A DNA stretch of 64,000 bases from Patescibacteria group bacterium (GTDB lineage: Bacteria > Patescibacteriota > Minisyncoccia > Phycocordibacterales > CAIZLB01). Both the position numbers and the translations under genes were made by a program. The notes under the pieces were generated by a model. The model was not told where the DNA came from, ran no database searches, and worked only from the letters and a program-made list of their open reading frames with translations. This document shows positions 56,701 to 64,000 of the stretch, piece after piece. Position 1 is the stretch's first letter; the number at the start of each line of letters is the position of its first letter. The stretch is from contig JAZKJG010000002.1 in assembly GCA_040384445.1 (NCBI GenBank), forward strand, positions 90,087 to 154,086, in the 5' to 3' direction.

Positions 56701-57244
56701 ATTTACACTTAGATTGTACAAAGAAAGTGTACATCTTGAATCTTGGCCAACTGTGACATCAAAAATTACAAAAACTGAGATCGACGAGATTACGTTGAAG
56801 ATGCAGAAAACAAGAGAAGTGGTTGAATCTGTATTAGCGCTTCGAAATAAGGCAAACATCAAAGTGCGACAACCTCTTGCGTCACTTACACTTCCACTAG
56901 ATACATTTGGAAGTGTGCATGTACATATTCTACAAGACGAGCTTAATATTAAGCACATCATAGCAGGTGAGGACGATCAGATGGTTCTTGATATTGTTGT
57001 GACAGAAGAATTACGAGTAGAAGGTTTTGCTCGAGATATGGTACGAGAAATACAGTCTAAGCGAAAAGATCTTGATTTAATTCCACAAGATAAGATTTCG
57101 GTTGTATTCAATACTCCTGACAATGTTGATGCACTTAATGCATATGGTGCGCATACAAACTTATTTACAGAAGTGGCAAATGTAGTAACTCTTACTGTTG
57201 CATCTGCTGACACACAAAGTATTGAGGTTGCAAAAGTAGTATAG
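53762..57244 (+). CDS. ileS: Isoleucyl-tRNA synthetase, type 2 (eukaryote-like), with an inserted histidine-phosphatase (PGAM-like) domain
   Basis: PPYATGLPHIGN (HIGH variant). WCPHCGTVLSNFEV (CP1/editing entry). EVLDVWYDAGS. KMSKSLKNYPD. An in-frame segment of ~200 aa (RHGEAT...SPLRRTRETAE...GESY...LIMHEG) matches the phosphoglycerate-mutase-like histidine phosphatase superfamily. Confidence 0.85.
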   Translation: MKTPNERELAILKFWDENNIFQKSLDKNPIEGKTFRYYDGPPYATGLPHIGNMLPTAVKDAFPRYKTMQGFHVPRTWGWDCHGLPIESLVEKKLGFKGKKDIEEFGIDKFNETARASVFEFRENWKSIIPRLGRWVDMDHDYRTLDATFMESGLWAFKQLWDKGLVYEGYKVMPWCPHCGTVLSNFEVTEGYKEITDLSAYVRFTTEGASFIAWTTTPWTLPGNVALAVGNEIAYVYVEIKSADKTETVIISKNSLEKVKTLITAEGTTFTILKEVTGKDLVGLTYTPPFTYFTNDATLEKKENAWKVFAGDFVTDTDGTGIVHIAPAFGADDMKLAQEHNLPVIKHVLPNGTFAPEVTDVNGQAKPIEDHQKADIDVIKYLAPAGKLFAKEKFIHTYPHCWRCKTPLLNYATTSWFIKTTALKDRMIEENNNITWHPEEIGTKRLGAWLENVRDWAVSRSRFWGTPLPIWKGEKTGKTICLGSLDEIKEKTRRNTYMSMRHGEATHLVEKVMSSHLEFAEKHGLTDLGKSQVIASAEKMVAENTLPSVIYHSPLRRTRETAELVRDTIEQKTGKRIELISEPMLHEEDFGDLDGHSHTEHDEYRKTPEEYINKKFPNGESYADMRLRMGEALYRIDVAHQGENILLIMHEGCVYSAEDVALGMSLENIIATHAGITQIKPGQYRTLNFAHIPHNTSYEADFHRPYVDEVVFELDGEKFTRLPEVLDVWYDAGSMPFASVHYPFNQTADIANTITADFVAEGLDQTRGWFYHMLIMSVALFDKKPFHNVMVNGLLLAEDGRKMSKSLKNYPDLMPIVEQYGADTLRYFLLASPIVHADEVAFSEKALTEIQNKLFNKLTNVMSFLDMYGVKDVEIEHTKQSDHILDMWIQVELDTLVQDMTEAMDTYQIDRSLRPLLQFVDELSTWYLRRSRDRFKDADDALIVTSKLVQILTTVSKLMAPATPFMAEEIYQFVKNFDTTFTLRLYKESVHLESWPTVTSKITKTEIDEITLKMQKTREVVESVLALRNKANIKVRQPLASLTLPLDTFGSVHVHILQDELNIKHIIAGEDDQMVLDIVVTEELRVEGFARDMVREIQSKRKDLDLIPQDKISVVFNTPDNVDALNAYGAHTNLFTEVANVVTLTVASADTQSIEVAKVV

Positions 57245-57251
57245 TATCTCT

Positions 57252-57821
57252 ATGGCGTATTCGATATATCAAACAGATTGTGTTGTCCTTGGTATACGAG
57301 ATGTGCAAGAGCATGATTTAATACTGCGAGTGTTTTCTCCCATATTTGGATACATCAGAATTATTTCTAAGGGTGCACGAAAGGGAACATCAAAACTCAG
57401 GCTCAACATACAAGAATATTCTCTGGTGCAAATAGCTGCAGTAAAAGGTAAAGAGTTTTTCATTCTTACTGATGCGCATAGGGTGTTTTCATTTATACAA
57501 TCAAAGCGAGTGGTGAACTTTCTACGTGCTGCTGAGGGATTATTTTTTGATGATGAAAATGATCATGGTACAAAAATAAACACTGATATATATACTATGT
57601 TGGTTAGAATGTGTAAGTTAATTGTATGGACTGCATCCGAAAAGAAAAATGTTTCTAGTATACAAGATTTTTTTACCGTATACGTAAAAGGACTTCAAGG
57701 ATTTACAGGAAAAATTGATGTTGAAAATATGTTGAATCTGAATGATGTTGATATGTATACATGGATTGAAGAACATACGTTGTTGGTAGAAGATTTGCAA
57801 AATAGAATGCAGAAAGAGTAA
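57252..57821 (+). CDS. Hypothetical protein
   Basis: 189-aa ORF, no motif. Confidence 0.4.
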   Translation: MAYSIYQTDCVVLGIRDVQEHDLILRVFSPIFGYIRIISKGARKGTSKLRLNIQEYSLVQIAAVKGKEFFILTDAHRVFSFIQSKRVVNFLRAAEGLFFDDENDHGTKINTDIYTMLVRMCKLIVWTASEKKNVSSIQDFFTVYVKGLQGFTGKIDVENMLNLNDVDMYTWIEEHTLLVEDLQNRMQKE

Positions 57822-57837
57822 GGTTCATGTACAATAT

Positions 57838-60330
57838 GTGTATATGTTTCCTTCAGATTATAAAAAAAATGTGAATAGCCAAGAAGAGGCTGCACGGATA
57901 GAGGAGTTGAAAAAGAAATTGTATTCAGCATCTTCAAAAGATTCTGCAGTACGAGAAAGAGGTTTGCGACAACACAATGTAGACGTCGGAAAAAATTGGG
58001 GAGAAACTGATGCAAAGCAGGCTCGGATTGAAGAAATAAGAGAAAAAACAAGAGAAGAGGCAAAACTTGGATTAGCGTCTGAGAACTCTTTTCACCACGG
58101 ATCAACACTGTACGGACATTTCAGTCCTGCTGAAGATGTAACAAAAAAACAGCAACAGATTAATACTTCTTTTAAACCTACTCAGCACGAAGCACCTACT
58201 CCTGATGGAGAAGAGACGATTGGAAGTTTTTTGTCTGATAAATTTGCAGTAAAGCGAGCTCACAATACTGAAAAGAAACTTGCAGCAACAGATGTAACAT
58301 TACGATATGCATCAGCTCAAATTGAAAGAGAAATGTATCCTGGAATTGCCAAGAAAAAACCCGGTGAGCCAGCTGTGGTTGTTACAGGTACAGCGCCAGA
58401 AAAGCCTATTGTAGAAGAGAATCGGTATCATCCAGATTATAATGTGCTCACAGTTGGAAATACCCACCTCGATAAAATGACTCGAGAAGTGAGACATACA
58501 GGAGAAAAAACTGTAGAGCTTAGCAAGAGAGATAAGAAAGAAAAAACTCTCACAGAGGAAATCACGGTTGAGCAAAAGAAACGATGGGGTTTTGGAATTA
58601 TGTTTTTTGTGACTGTAATTATATTTTTCTTAAGTGCCTTAGGGTATGCATATTATTCACTTGTAACAGGTAAAAATACAATCTCTCCAGATAAGGTTGA
58701 GATTGTTGTGACAGGACCGTTGTCAGTTCGCTCAGGTGAGGTGAATGATTTCTCAATAGATATTACAAATAACAATCCAACAGATCTTACGCTTTCTGAT
58801 CTCGTGATTCAGTATCCACAAGGAACAATGTCTTCTATTGATCCATCGCTCTCTCGTATGTATGAGCGTATAGAAGTGGGAACAATCAAACCAGGAGAGA
58901 CGGTGCGTCGTAAAGCAAGTGCTATATTCTTTGGTGAAGAAAATGTAAAGAAAAATATAACATATGCACTCGAGTTTAGTATTCCAGACTCGGCAAGTAT
59001 TTTTAATGTAACTAAAGATGTAGGTATTGTGATTGCAGGATCTCCAGTAACTGCAAAGATTACAAATATTAAAGAGGTAACAAACAACCAAGAGCTTTCA
59101 TTTGATATTGAAATTCAATCAAACACTCAGGAAGTTGTAAAAAATATTCAGCTGCAAGTAGAGTATCCATTCGGATACAAACTTGAGCAATCAAACATCA
59201 AGCCTGTATTTGATAACAATACATGGAATATTGGAGACCTTGCCGCCCTCGACTCAAAGACAATTTCACTGAAAGGAAAGTTGATCGGAACAAGTAATCT
59301 TGAAAAGAATTTTAGATTTATACTTGGTGTGTATGATAGCAAGACTGGAGAAATGTCTACAGTTCTCTCAACTCAAGATCAAAAGGTAACAATTGAAAAA
59401 CCGTTTGTATCAACGAAGCTATCTCTTGATGGTTTGGTTCAGGAGTTTAAACCTGTGCAATACGAAGATTCAATCCAGGGAGATATTGTATTTACAAACA
59501 ATCTAAACGTCCCAATCACAGACGCAGTGGTTGAAATGTCTATTGGTGGAGTGCTTATAGATAGAATGAGTGTTAAGGCTAATAATGGATTCTATAGATC
59601 AAGTGACGATTTGGTCTTTTGGGATAAGGCTCAAGAGGCAAAATTAGCAAGTATAGATCCAGGTGAATCAAGAGAGCTTAACTTTAACATGATGGTTATC
59701 AAATCAAGACAGAGTCTTATTGATACACTTCGACGAGCAGGGTCTACTCTTACTGTAACCATAAAAGCTAAGCGATTGAACGAAAACAGGGTGCCAGAGG
59801 AGGTTACGTCAGTTATTAAACAAGAACTAAGACTTGAGACTGATCCGACTTTTGAGGCAGGTATTGCGCATAAGTATGGTCCATTTACAAACACAGGAGC
59901 ATTCCCTCCAAAGGTAAATGCAGAAACTACATATACATTTCTGGCGAGAATTACAAATACTGCAAATACACTCAGACAAACAACATTTTCAGCAAAACTT
60001 CCTCCAAACGCAGTATGGAAAAATGTATACTCAAAAGATATTCCAGCATCTACTGTAAGTTATAGTCAAAGCAAAAGAGAAATTACAATACAACTAGGTG
60101 ATATTAACGCAGGTACAGGCATTGATTCAGCTCCACGAGATTTTTTCTTTCAACTAGGATTCACGCCAACGTTGCCTGAGCTCGGTAAAGCGCCTACTAT
60201 CATATTATCTCCACGAATTAGTGGTGTAGATGTATTTACAAACAGAAGAATCGATAGGGGAATTGATGGATTAAATATTATCCCTACGGCAGATATTGGA
60301 AATGTAGGTAAAGGAAGTGTTGTAGAATAA
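57838..60330 (+). CDS. Large single-pass membrane protein with an extensive beta-rich extracellular region
   Basis: Charged N-terminal segment of ~250 aa, then one TM (WGFGIMFFVTVIIFFLSALGYAYY), then ~560 aa predicted extracellular. Confidence 0.55.
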   Translation: MYMFPSDYKKNVNSQEEAARIEELKKKLYSASSKDSAVRERGLRQHNVDVGKNWGETDAKQARIEEIREKTREEAKLGLASENSFHHGSTLYGHFSPAEDVTKKQQQINTSFKPTQHEAPTPDGEETIGSFLSDKFAVKRAHNTEKKLAATDVTLRYASAQIEREMYPGIAKKKPGEPAVVVTGTAPEKPIVEENRYHPDYNVLTVGNTHLDKMTREVRHTGEKTVELSKRDKKEKTLTEEITVEQKKRWGFGIMFFVTVIIFFLSALGYAYYSLVTGKNTISPDKVEIVVTGPLSVRSGEVNDFSIDITNNNPTDLTLSDLVIQYPQGTMSSIDPSLSRMYERIEVGTIKPGETVRRKASAIFFGEENVKKNITYALEFSIPDSASIFNVTKDVGIVIAGSPVTAKITNIKEVTNNQELSFDIEIQSNTQEVVKNIQLQVEYPFGYKLEQSNIKPVFDNNTWNIGDLAALDSKTISLKGKLIGTSNLEKNFRFILGVYDSKTGEMSTVLSTQDQKVTIEKPFVSTKLSLDGLVQEFKPVQYEDSIQGDIVFTNNLNVPITDAVVEMSIGGVLIDRMSVKANNGFYRSSDDLVFWDKAQEAKLASIDPGESRELNFNMMVIKSRQSLIDTLRRAGSTLTVTIKAKRLNENRVPEEVTSVIKQELRLETDPTFEAGIAHKYGPFTNTGAFPPKVNAETTYTFLARITNTANTLRQTTFSAKLPPNAVWKNVYSKDIPASTVSYSQSKREITIQLGDINAGTGIDSAPRDFFFQLGFTPTLPELGKAPTIILSPRISGVDVFTNRRIDRGIDGLNIIPTADIGNVGKGSVVE

Positions 60331-60352
60331 ATCTAAATGGTATACTTGTTGC

Positions 60353-61000
60353 ATGAAAACCAAAACAACATATAGTATTTTATTTATTAGTTTATTAATT
60401 CCAGTAATTTCAGTTCATGCAGTAGAGGTTCAGGCTTCAACAACTGTGAATGTAAAAGGTCCAAGAATGGAGATGAAGCAAGAATTGAAAGCAGAAAGAG
60501 CAGAGACAAGAGCTGATATTAAAGAGTTGCGAACAGAAGCAAAAGCTGAGATTAAGGAAAAAATGGTGGAAATGAAGGCTACATTAAAAGAAGCAAAAGC
60601 AAAAAAGTTAGATGAGCGAGCGAAGGTGAGAGTTGAGGCAAGACTAAATCGAATTTATACTCATTTAGCAAAAAGAATAACTCACTTAGTGAAGGTTGAT
60701 GCAGAAATTACAAAACGATTATCGACTCGAGTAGCATCATCTTCTGTAACTACGTTACATATGGCTGCTAAGACTGCGCTTGTACAGGCAAAACTAGATG
60801 TAGAAGCTACAAAAGCATCATCAACAGTTGCGTTAAATGCTACAACAAGTAATGCAATATTTCGAAGTCTAGTAGAGACTGCAGAAGCAAGTATTAAGAC
60901 TACAGCAGAAGCATACCGAAAAATTGTTCCAGCACTTGCGAAATTACCAAAAATCCAAGTAACTGCCACTACAACAGCAAGTACTACTATTACTAACTAA
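60353..61000 (+). CDS. Secreted Ala/Lys/Glu-rich coiled-coil protein
   Basis: Signal peptide. KAE/EAK heptad-like repeats. Confidence 0.5.
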   Translation: MKTKTTYSILFISLLIPVISVHAVEVQASTTVNVKGPRMEMKQELKAERAETRADIKELRTEAKAEIKEKMVEMKATLKEAKAKKLDERAKVRVEARLNRIYTHLAKRITHLVKVDAEITKRLSTRVASSSVTTLHMAAKTALVQAKLDVEATKASSTVALNATTSNAIFRSLVETAEASIKTTAEAYRKIVPALAKLPKIQVTATTTASTTITN

Positions 61001-61017
61001 TACTCATATATAATTTT

Positions 61018-61308
61018 ATGGAAAATACACCAATACCAAACCAAGCTCCATTTGCACAAGCGCCTGTAGTAAAGGATAACTCAACAAAGAAGATGGTTAT
61101 CTACACAATTCTACTTGCACTTGCCACAATATTCTGGATTTGGTCACTTAAGTATAACGATACTACACCAATGATGGAAAATGATCAGGCAATTGCTACT
61201 ACGACTATATCAGGAACATCTGAGGAATCTGATCTAGAAGATGAGATTGATGCGAGTCTTGATTCACAAGCAGAGCTTGAATTGAAGGGGATTGATGAGG
61301 AGTTTTAA
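61018..61308 (+). CDS. Small single-TM protein with an acidic C-terminus
   Basis: 96 aa, one TM. Confidence 0.4.
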   Translation: MENTPIPNQAPFAQAPVVKDNSTKKMVIYTILLALATIFWIWSLKYNDTTPMMENDQAIATTTISGTSEESDLEDEIDASLDSQAELELKGIDEEF

Positions 61309-61312
61309 TGCC

Positions 61313-61350
61313 TAAAAAGTCTAGCCCTGTGCATTCGCACGGGGCTTTTC
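61313..61350 (+). terminator. Rho-independent terminator
   Basis: AGCCCTGTGCATTCGCACGGGGCT hairpin followed by TTTTCTT. Confidence 0.65.
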
Positions 61351-61371
61351 TTATGCTATAGTAACCACATC

Positions 61372-62754
61372 ATGAATACAGACAAAAAGGTAAGTATGGA
61401 AGATATTATCTCTCTATGTAAGCGACGAGGGTTCATTTATCAAGGTTCTGAGATCTATGGAGGGTTGGCTGGTACTTGGGATTACGGCCCTCTTGGAGTA
61501 ATGCTTAAAGATTCTATCAAGAGACTCTGGTGGAAGCGTTTTGTTGATGACAGACTTGATATGTATGGGGTTGATGCGGCACTACTTATGAATCCTAAGG
61601 TGTGGGTGTCTTCAGGACACGTTGGAGGGTTTGCTGATCCACTTATTGAGGATTTGAAAACTAAAAAACGATATCGAGCAGATCATTTGCTTGAAGAAGC
61701 TGGTCTTGTGTGTGCAGGTAAAACTCCAACAGAGATGACAGAGATGTTTGTTGCAAATGCTATTAAAAGTCCAGAAGGAAATCCTCTTGGAGAAGTTCGA
61801 CAATTTAACATGATGTTCAAAACAAACATTGGTGCTATTGAGTCAGATGAAAATATTTCATACTTGAGACCTGAAACTGCACAGGGAATGTTTGTGAACT
61901 TTAAAAATATTCAAGATACTTTTCACCCAAAACTTCCTTTTGGTATGGCACAGATTGGGAAAGCTTTTAGAAATGAGATTGCTCCAAGAGATTTTGTGTT
62001 TCGAGTTCGAGAGTTTGAGCAGATGGAGATTGAGTATTTTGTAAAACCAGAAAACTGGACTACTTCATTTGAAGAACTACGAAAAGAAGTTTGGAATTTT
62101 ACACAGGATGTTGGTCTTGATCAATCTAAGGTTCATGAGTTAGAAATAGGGGATGGAGATAGAGCTCACTATAGCGCGCGAACAATAGACTTTGAATATG
62201 ATTTTCCATTTGGAAAAAAAGAGTTGTATGGATTAGCATACCGAACTGATTTTGATTTGAAAGCACATACTGAAGGATCAAAGGTTGATTTGTCATATTT
62301 TGATGAAGAAGCTAAAGAGAGATATATCCCACATTGTATTGAGCCATCATTTGGGCTTGATAGAACCATTCTTGCTGTTCTTGCAACAGCATACGAGACA
62401 GATAACCTAGGAGGAGAGGAAAGAGTATATTTGAAATTATCTCCAGCAGTAGCACCATACCGAGTTGCTGTATTTCCATTACTAAAAAATAAAGAAGAGT
62501 TAACAGATAAGGCAAAGGAGGTTTGGAAAAAACTAAGAGAAGTAGCGACTTCAAAAGGTTTGTCAGCCGCAAAGATTTTGTATGACGAAGCGGGAAGTAT
62601 TGGAAAGCGATACCGACGACAGGATGAGATAGGAACACCTCTATGTGTGACAGTTGATTTTGATACGCTGGAGAAAGGGACGGTGACTGTGAGAGATCGA
62701 GATAGTGGGGAGCAGAAAACTGTATTAATAGATGACTTGGGTGATATAATTTAA
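61372..62754 (+). CDS. glyQS: Glycyl-tRNA synthetase (dimeric alpha2 type)
   Basis: RRGFIYQGSEIYGGLAGTWDYGPLG N-terminal signature. Class II motifs. C-terminal anticodon-binding domain. Confidence 0.85.
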   Translation: MNTDKKVSMEDIISLCKRRGFIYQGSEIYGGLAGTWDYGPLGVMLKDSIKRLWWKRFVDDRLDMYGVDAALLMNPKVWVSSGHVGGFADPLIEDLKTKKRYRADHLLEEAGLVCAGKTPTEMTEMFVANAIKSPEGNPLGEVRQFNMMFKTNIGAIESDENISYLRPETAQGMFVNFKNIQDTFHPKLPFGMAQIGKAFRNEIAPRDFVFRVREFEQMEIEYFVKPENWTTSFEELRKEVWNFTQDVGLDQSKVHELEIGDGDRAHYSARTIDFEYDFPFGKKELYGLAYRTDFDLKAHTEGSKVDLSYFDEEAKERYIPHCIEPSFGLDRTILAVLATAYETDNLGGEERVYLKLSPAVAPYRVAVFPLLKNKEELTDKAKEVWKKLREVATSKGLSAAKILYDEAGSIGKRYRRQDEIGTPLCVTVDFDTLEKGTVTVRDRDSGEQKTVLIDDLGDII

Positions 62755-62758
62755 TTAT

Positions 62759-63040
62759 ATGAAACCTTCAAATACTGCGTATAGATTAAGTGTAATTTTT
62801 GTTACAGGAGTTATATCTACAATAGTGTTATTCCTAGTAAACTTTTTGCATCAGTCTTTATCTCCTATGGAAAATTTGCTTGCAAATTCAGCTTATGTAT
62901 TTATTGCCCTAGGGGTTATTCGAGTAGTAATAGGGAATAATGATATGGAATCTCAAGTATATAAGACTAATAACATGCTTTATTGGGTATGCTTAAGTGT
63001 TATTGTTATTAGCTTTATACTAGCTAGTTTTGGATTGTAA
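62759..63040 (+). CDS. Small three-TM membrane protein
   Basis: 93 aa, hydrophobic. Confidence 0.4.
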   Translation: MKPSNTAYRLSVIFVTGVISTIVLFLVNFLHQSLSPMENLLANSAYVFIALGVIRVVIGNNDMESQVYKTNNMLYWVCLSVIVISFILASFGL

Positions 63041-63060
63041 TCCATAGTACACTCACTCCA

Positions 63061-64000
63061 TGAATGTACCCAAACCAAAGAAGCTCACGAACGGTCTACG
63101 ATATTTAATCGTACCCACTGACAGTCAAACTGTGTCTGTCTCGGTCCTTGTAAAAACAGGATCAGCTTACGAAACAAAGAAGGAAAATGGTATCGCTCAC
63201 TTCCTTGAGCATATGATGTTCAAGGGGACTAAGAAGAGACTCAGCTCAAAAGACATTGCAATCGACTTTGAAAAGATCGGTGCATTTAACAACGCCTTTA
63301 CATCACATACGATGACAGGGTATTGGGCAAAATCTCAAAAGGATCATGCACATACTATTCTTGAGATTCTTTCTGACATTTACAATAATGCGCAGTTTAG
63401 AAATGTAGAGATTGAAAAAGAGAAAGGTGTAGTGCTTCAGGAGATGGCGATGTATGAAGATATGCCACAAGATAAGGTTTCTACAATGTTTGATGCGTTG
63501 ATATATCCAGATCAACCCCATGGTCGAAGTGTGTTAGGTACAAAAGAGACCGTAAGTTCTCTTACTGAACAACAACTCAGAAAATTTTACGATACTCATT
63601 ATGGAAGAGAGCGAACCTGGATTATTATTTCAGGAGGAGTTGATGGGGCTGCAATAGAAAAAGATATTAAAAAATATTTCCAAAGTAAAAATGATGTTGC
63701 GATGCAATCTGCAACAGATGTTCCTGAACCAAAGATTTCAAAAAAGGGAAGTAAATATTCCTTGTTCGAAAAGAAAACAGATCAAGTCCACTTAATTATC
63801 GGAATGGAAGCAGAAGGATTGGAACATACTGATAAATTTACATATAATCTTCTTGCAACAATTTTAGGTAGAGGTATGAGTTCTAGACTATTTATGAAAA
63901 TGCGTGAAGAACTTGGTATTTGTTATTATGCAAATGCAGGGTACTCTGCCTCTACTCTCAAGGCAGGGCAATTTGCACTTAATGCTGGAGTGGATGTCAA
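63061..64000 (+). CDS. M16-family zinc peptidase (insulinase-like); 3'-partial, runs off the window
   Basis: HFLEHMMFKGT inverted zinc-binding motif (HxxEH). M16 N-terminal domain pattern. No stop before the window end. Confidence 0.8.

Noticed and set aside
1-64000. CRISPR arrays, transposases, integrases, toxin-antitoxin pairs
   Set aside because: I scanned for regularly spaced direct repeats and for DDE or tyrosine-recombinase motifs and found none. The only tandem repeat is the coding EDIE repeat at 48400-48570.
1-64000. Alternative genetic code (UGA=Gly, as in SR1/Gracilibacteria)
   Set aside because: Long conserved genes such as ileS, fusA and the P-type ATPase translate without internal TGA under the standard table, and their ends coincide with homologous termini. 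Code 25 is therefore not indicated.

Overview
This window is a 64 kb chromosomal segment from a low-GC, gene-dense bacterium with short intergenic spacers and the standard genetic code (long ORFs are not interrupted by UGA). The gene content looks like a reduced-genome Candidate Phyla Radiation (Patescibacteria)-type organism, though taxonomy cannot be proven from sequence alone. It has a type IV pilus machinery in two blocks and a ComEC DNA-uptake channel. Ribosomal operons are fragmented: rpsL-rpsG sits without fusA, fusA is paired with rpsT, and secE-nusG-rplK is not followed by rplA/rplJ/rplL. There are few biosynthetic genes and many small membrane or secreted hypotheticals. Genes I can support include pilB (partial), trhO, an RRM protein, pilC, three prepilins, tpiA, pgk, a DoxX protein, a HIT protein, recJ, rnhA, the two ComEC parts, sod, rpmB, a secreted GH24-like lysozyme, an M50 protease, lgt, a radical-SAM enzyme, a P-type ATPase, ruvX, pilMNOP, argS, ileS, glyQS, an M16 peptidase (partial) and four tRNAs (Ser-UGA, Arg-UCU, Val-UAC, Leu-GAG). 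The most unusual observations are these. (1) The type-2 isoleucyl-tRNA synthetase carries an in-frame ~200-aa histidine-phosphatase (PGAM-like, RHGE...SPLRR) domain inserted into its catalytic core. (2) A GC-rich, ORF-free ~370-nt locus with a consensus promoter and strong terminator lies between a lysozyme gene and rpmB; it is probably a structured ncRNA whose class I could not assign. (3) ComEC is split into two genes separated by unrelated genes. (4) Several promoters place the transcription start at the start codon (leaderless), and Shine-Dalgarno sequences are essentially absent. (5) A radical-SAM enzyme has a Cys-rich N-terminal domain and, like several orphan genes, a higher GC than its neighbours. 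No CRISPR array, transposase or integrase was seen.
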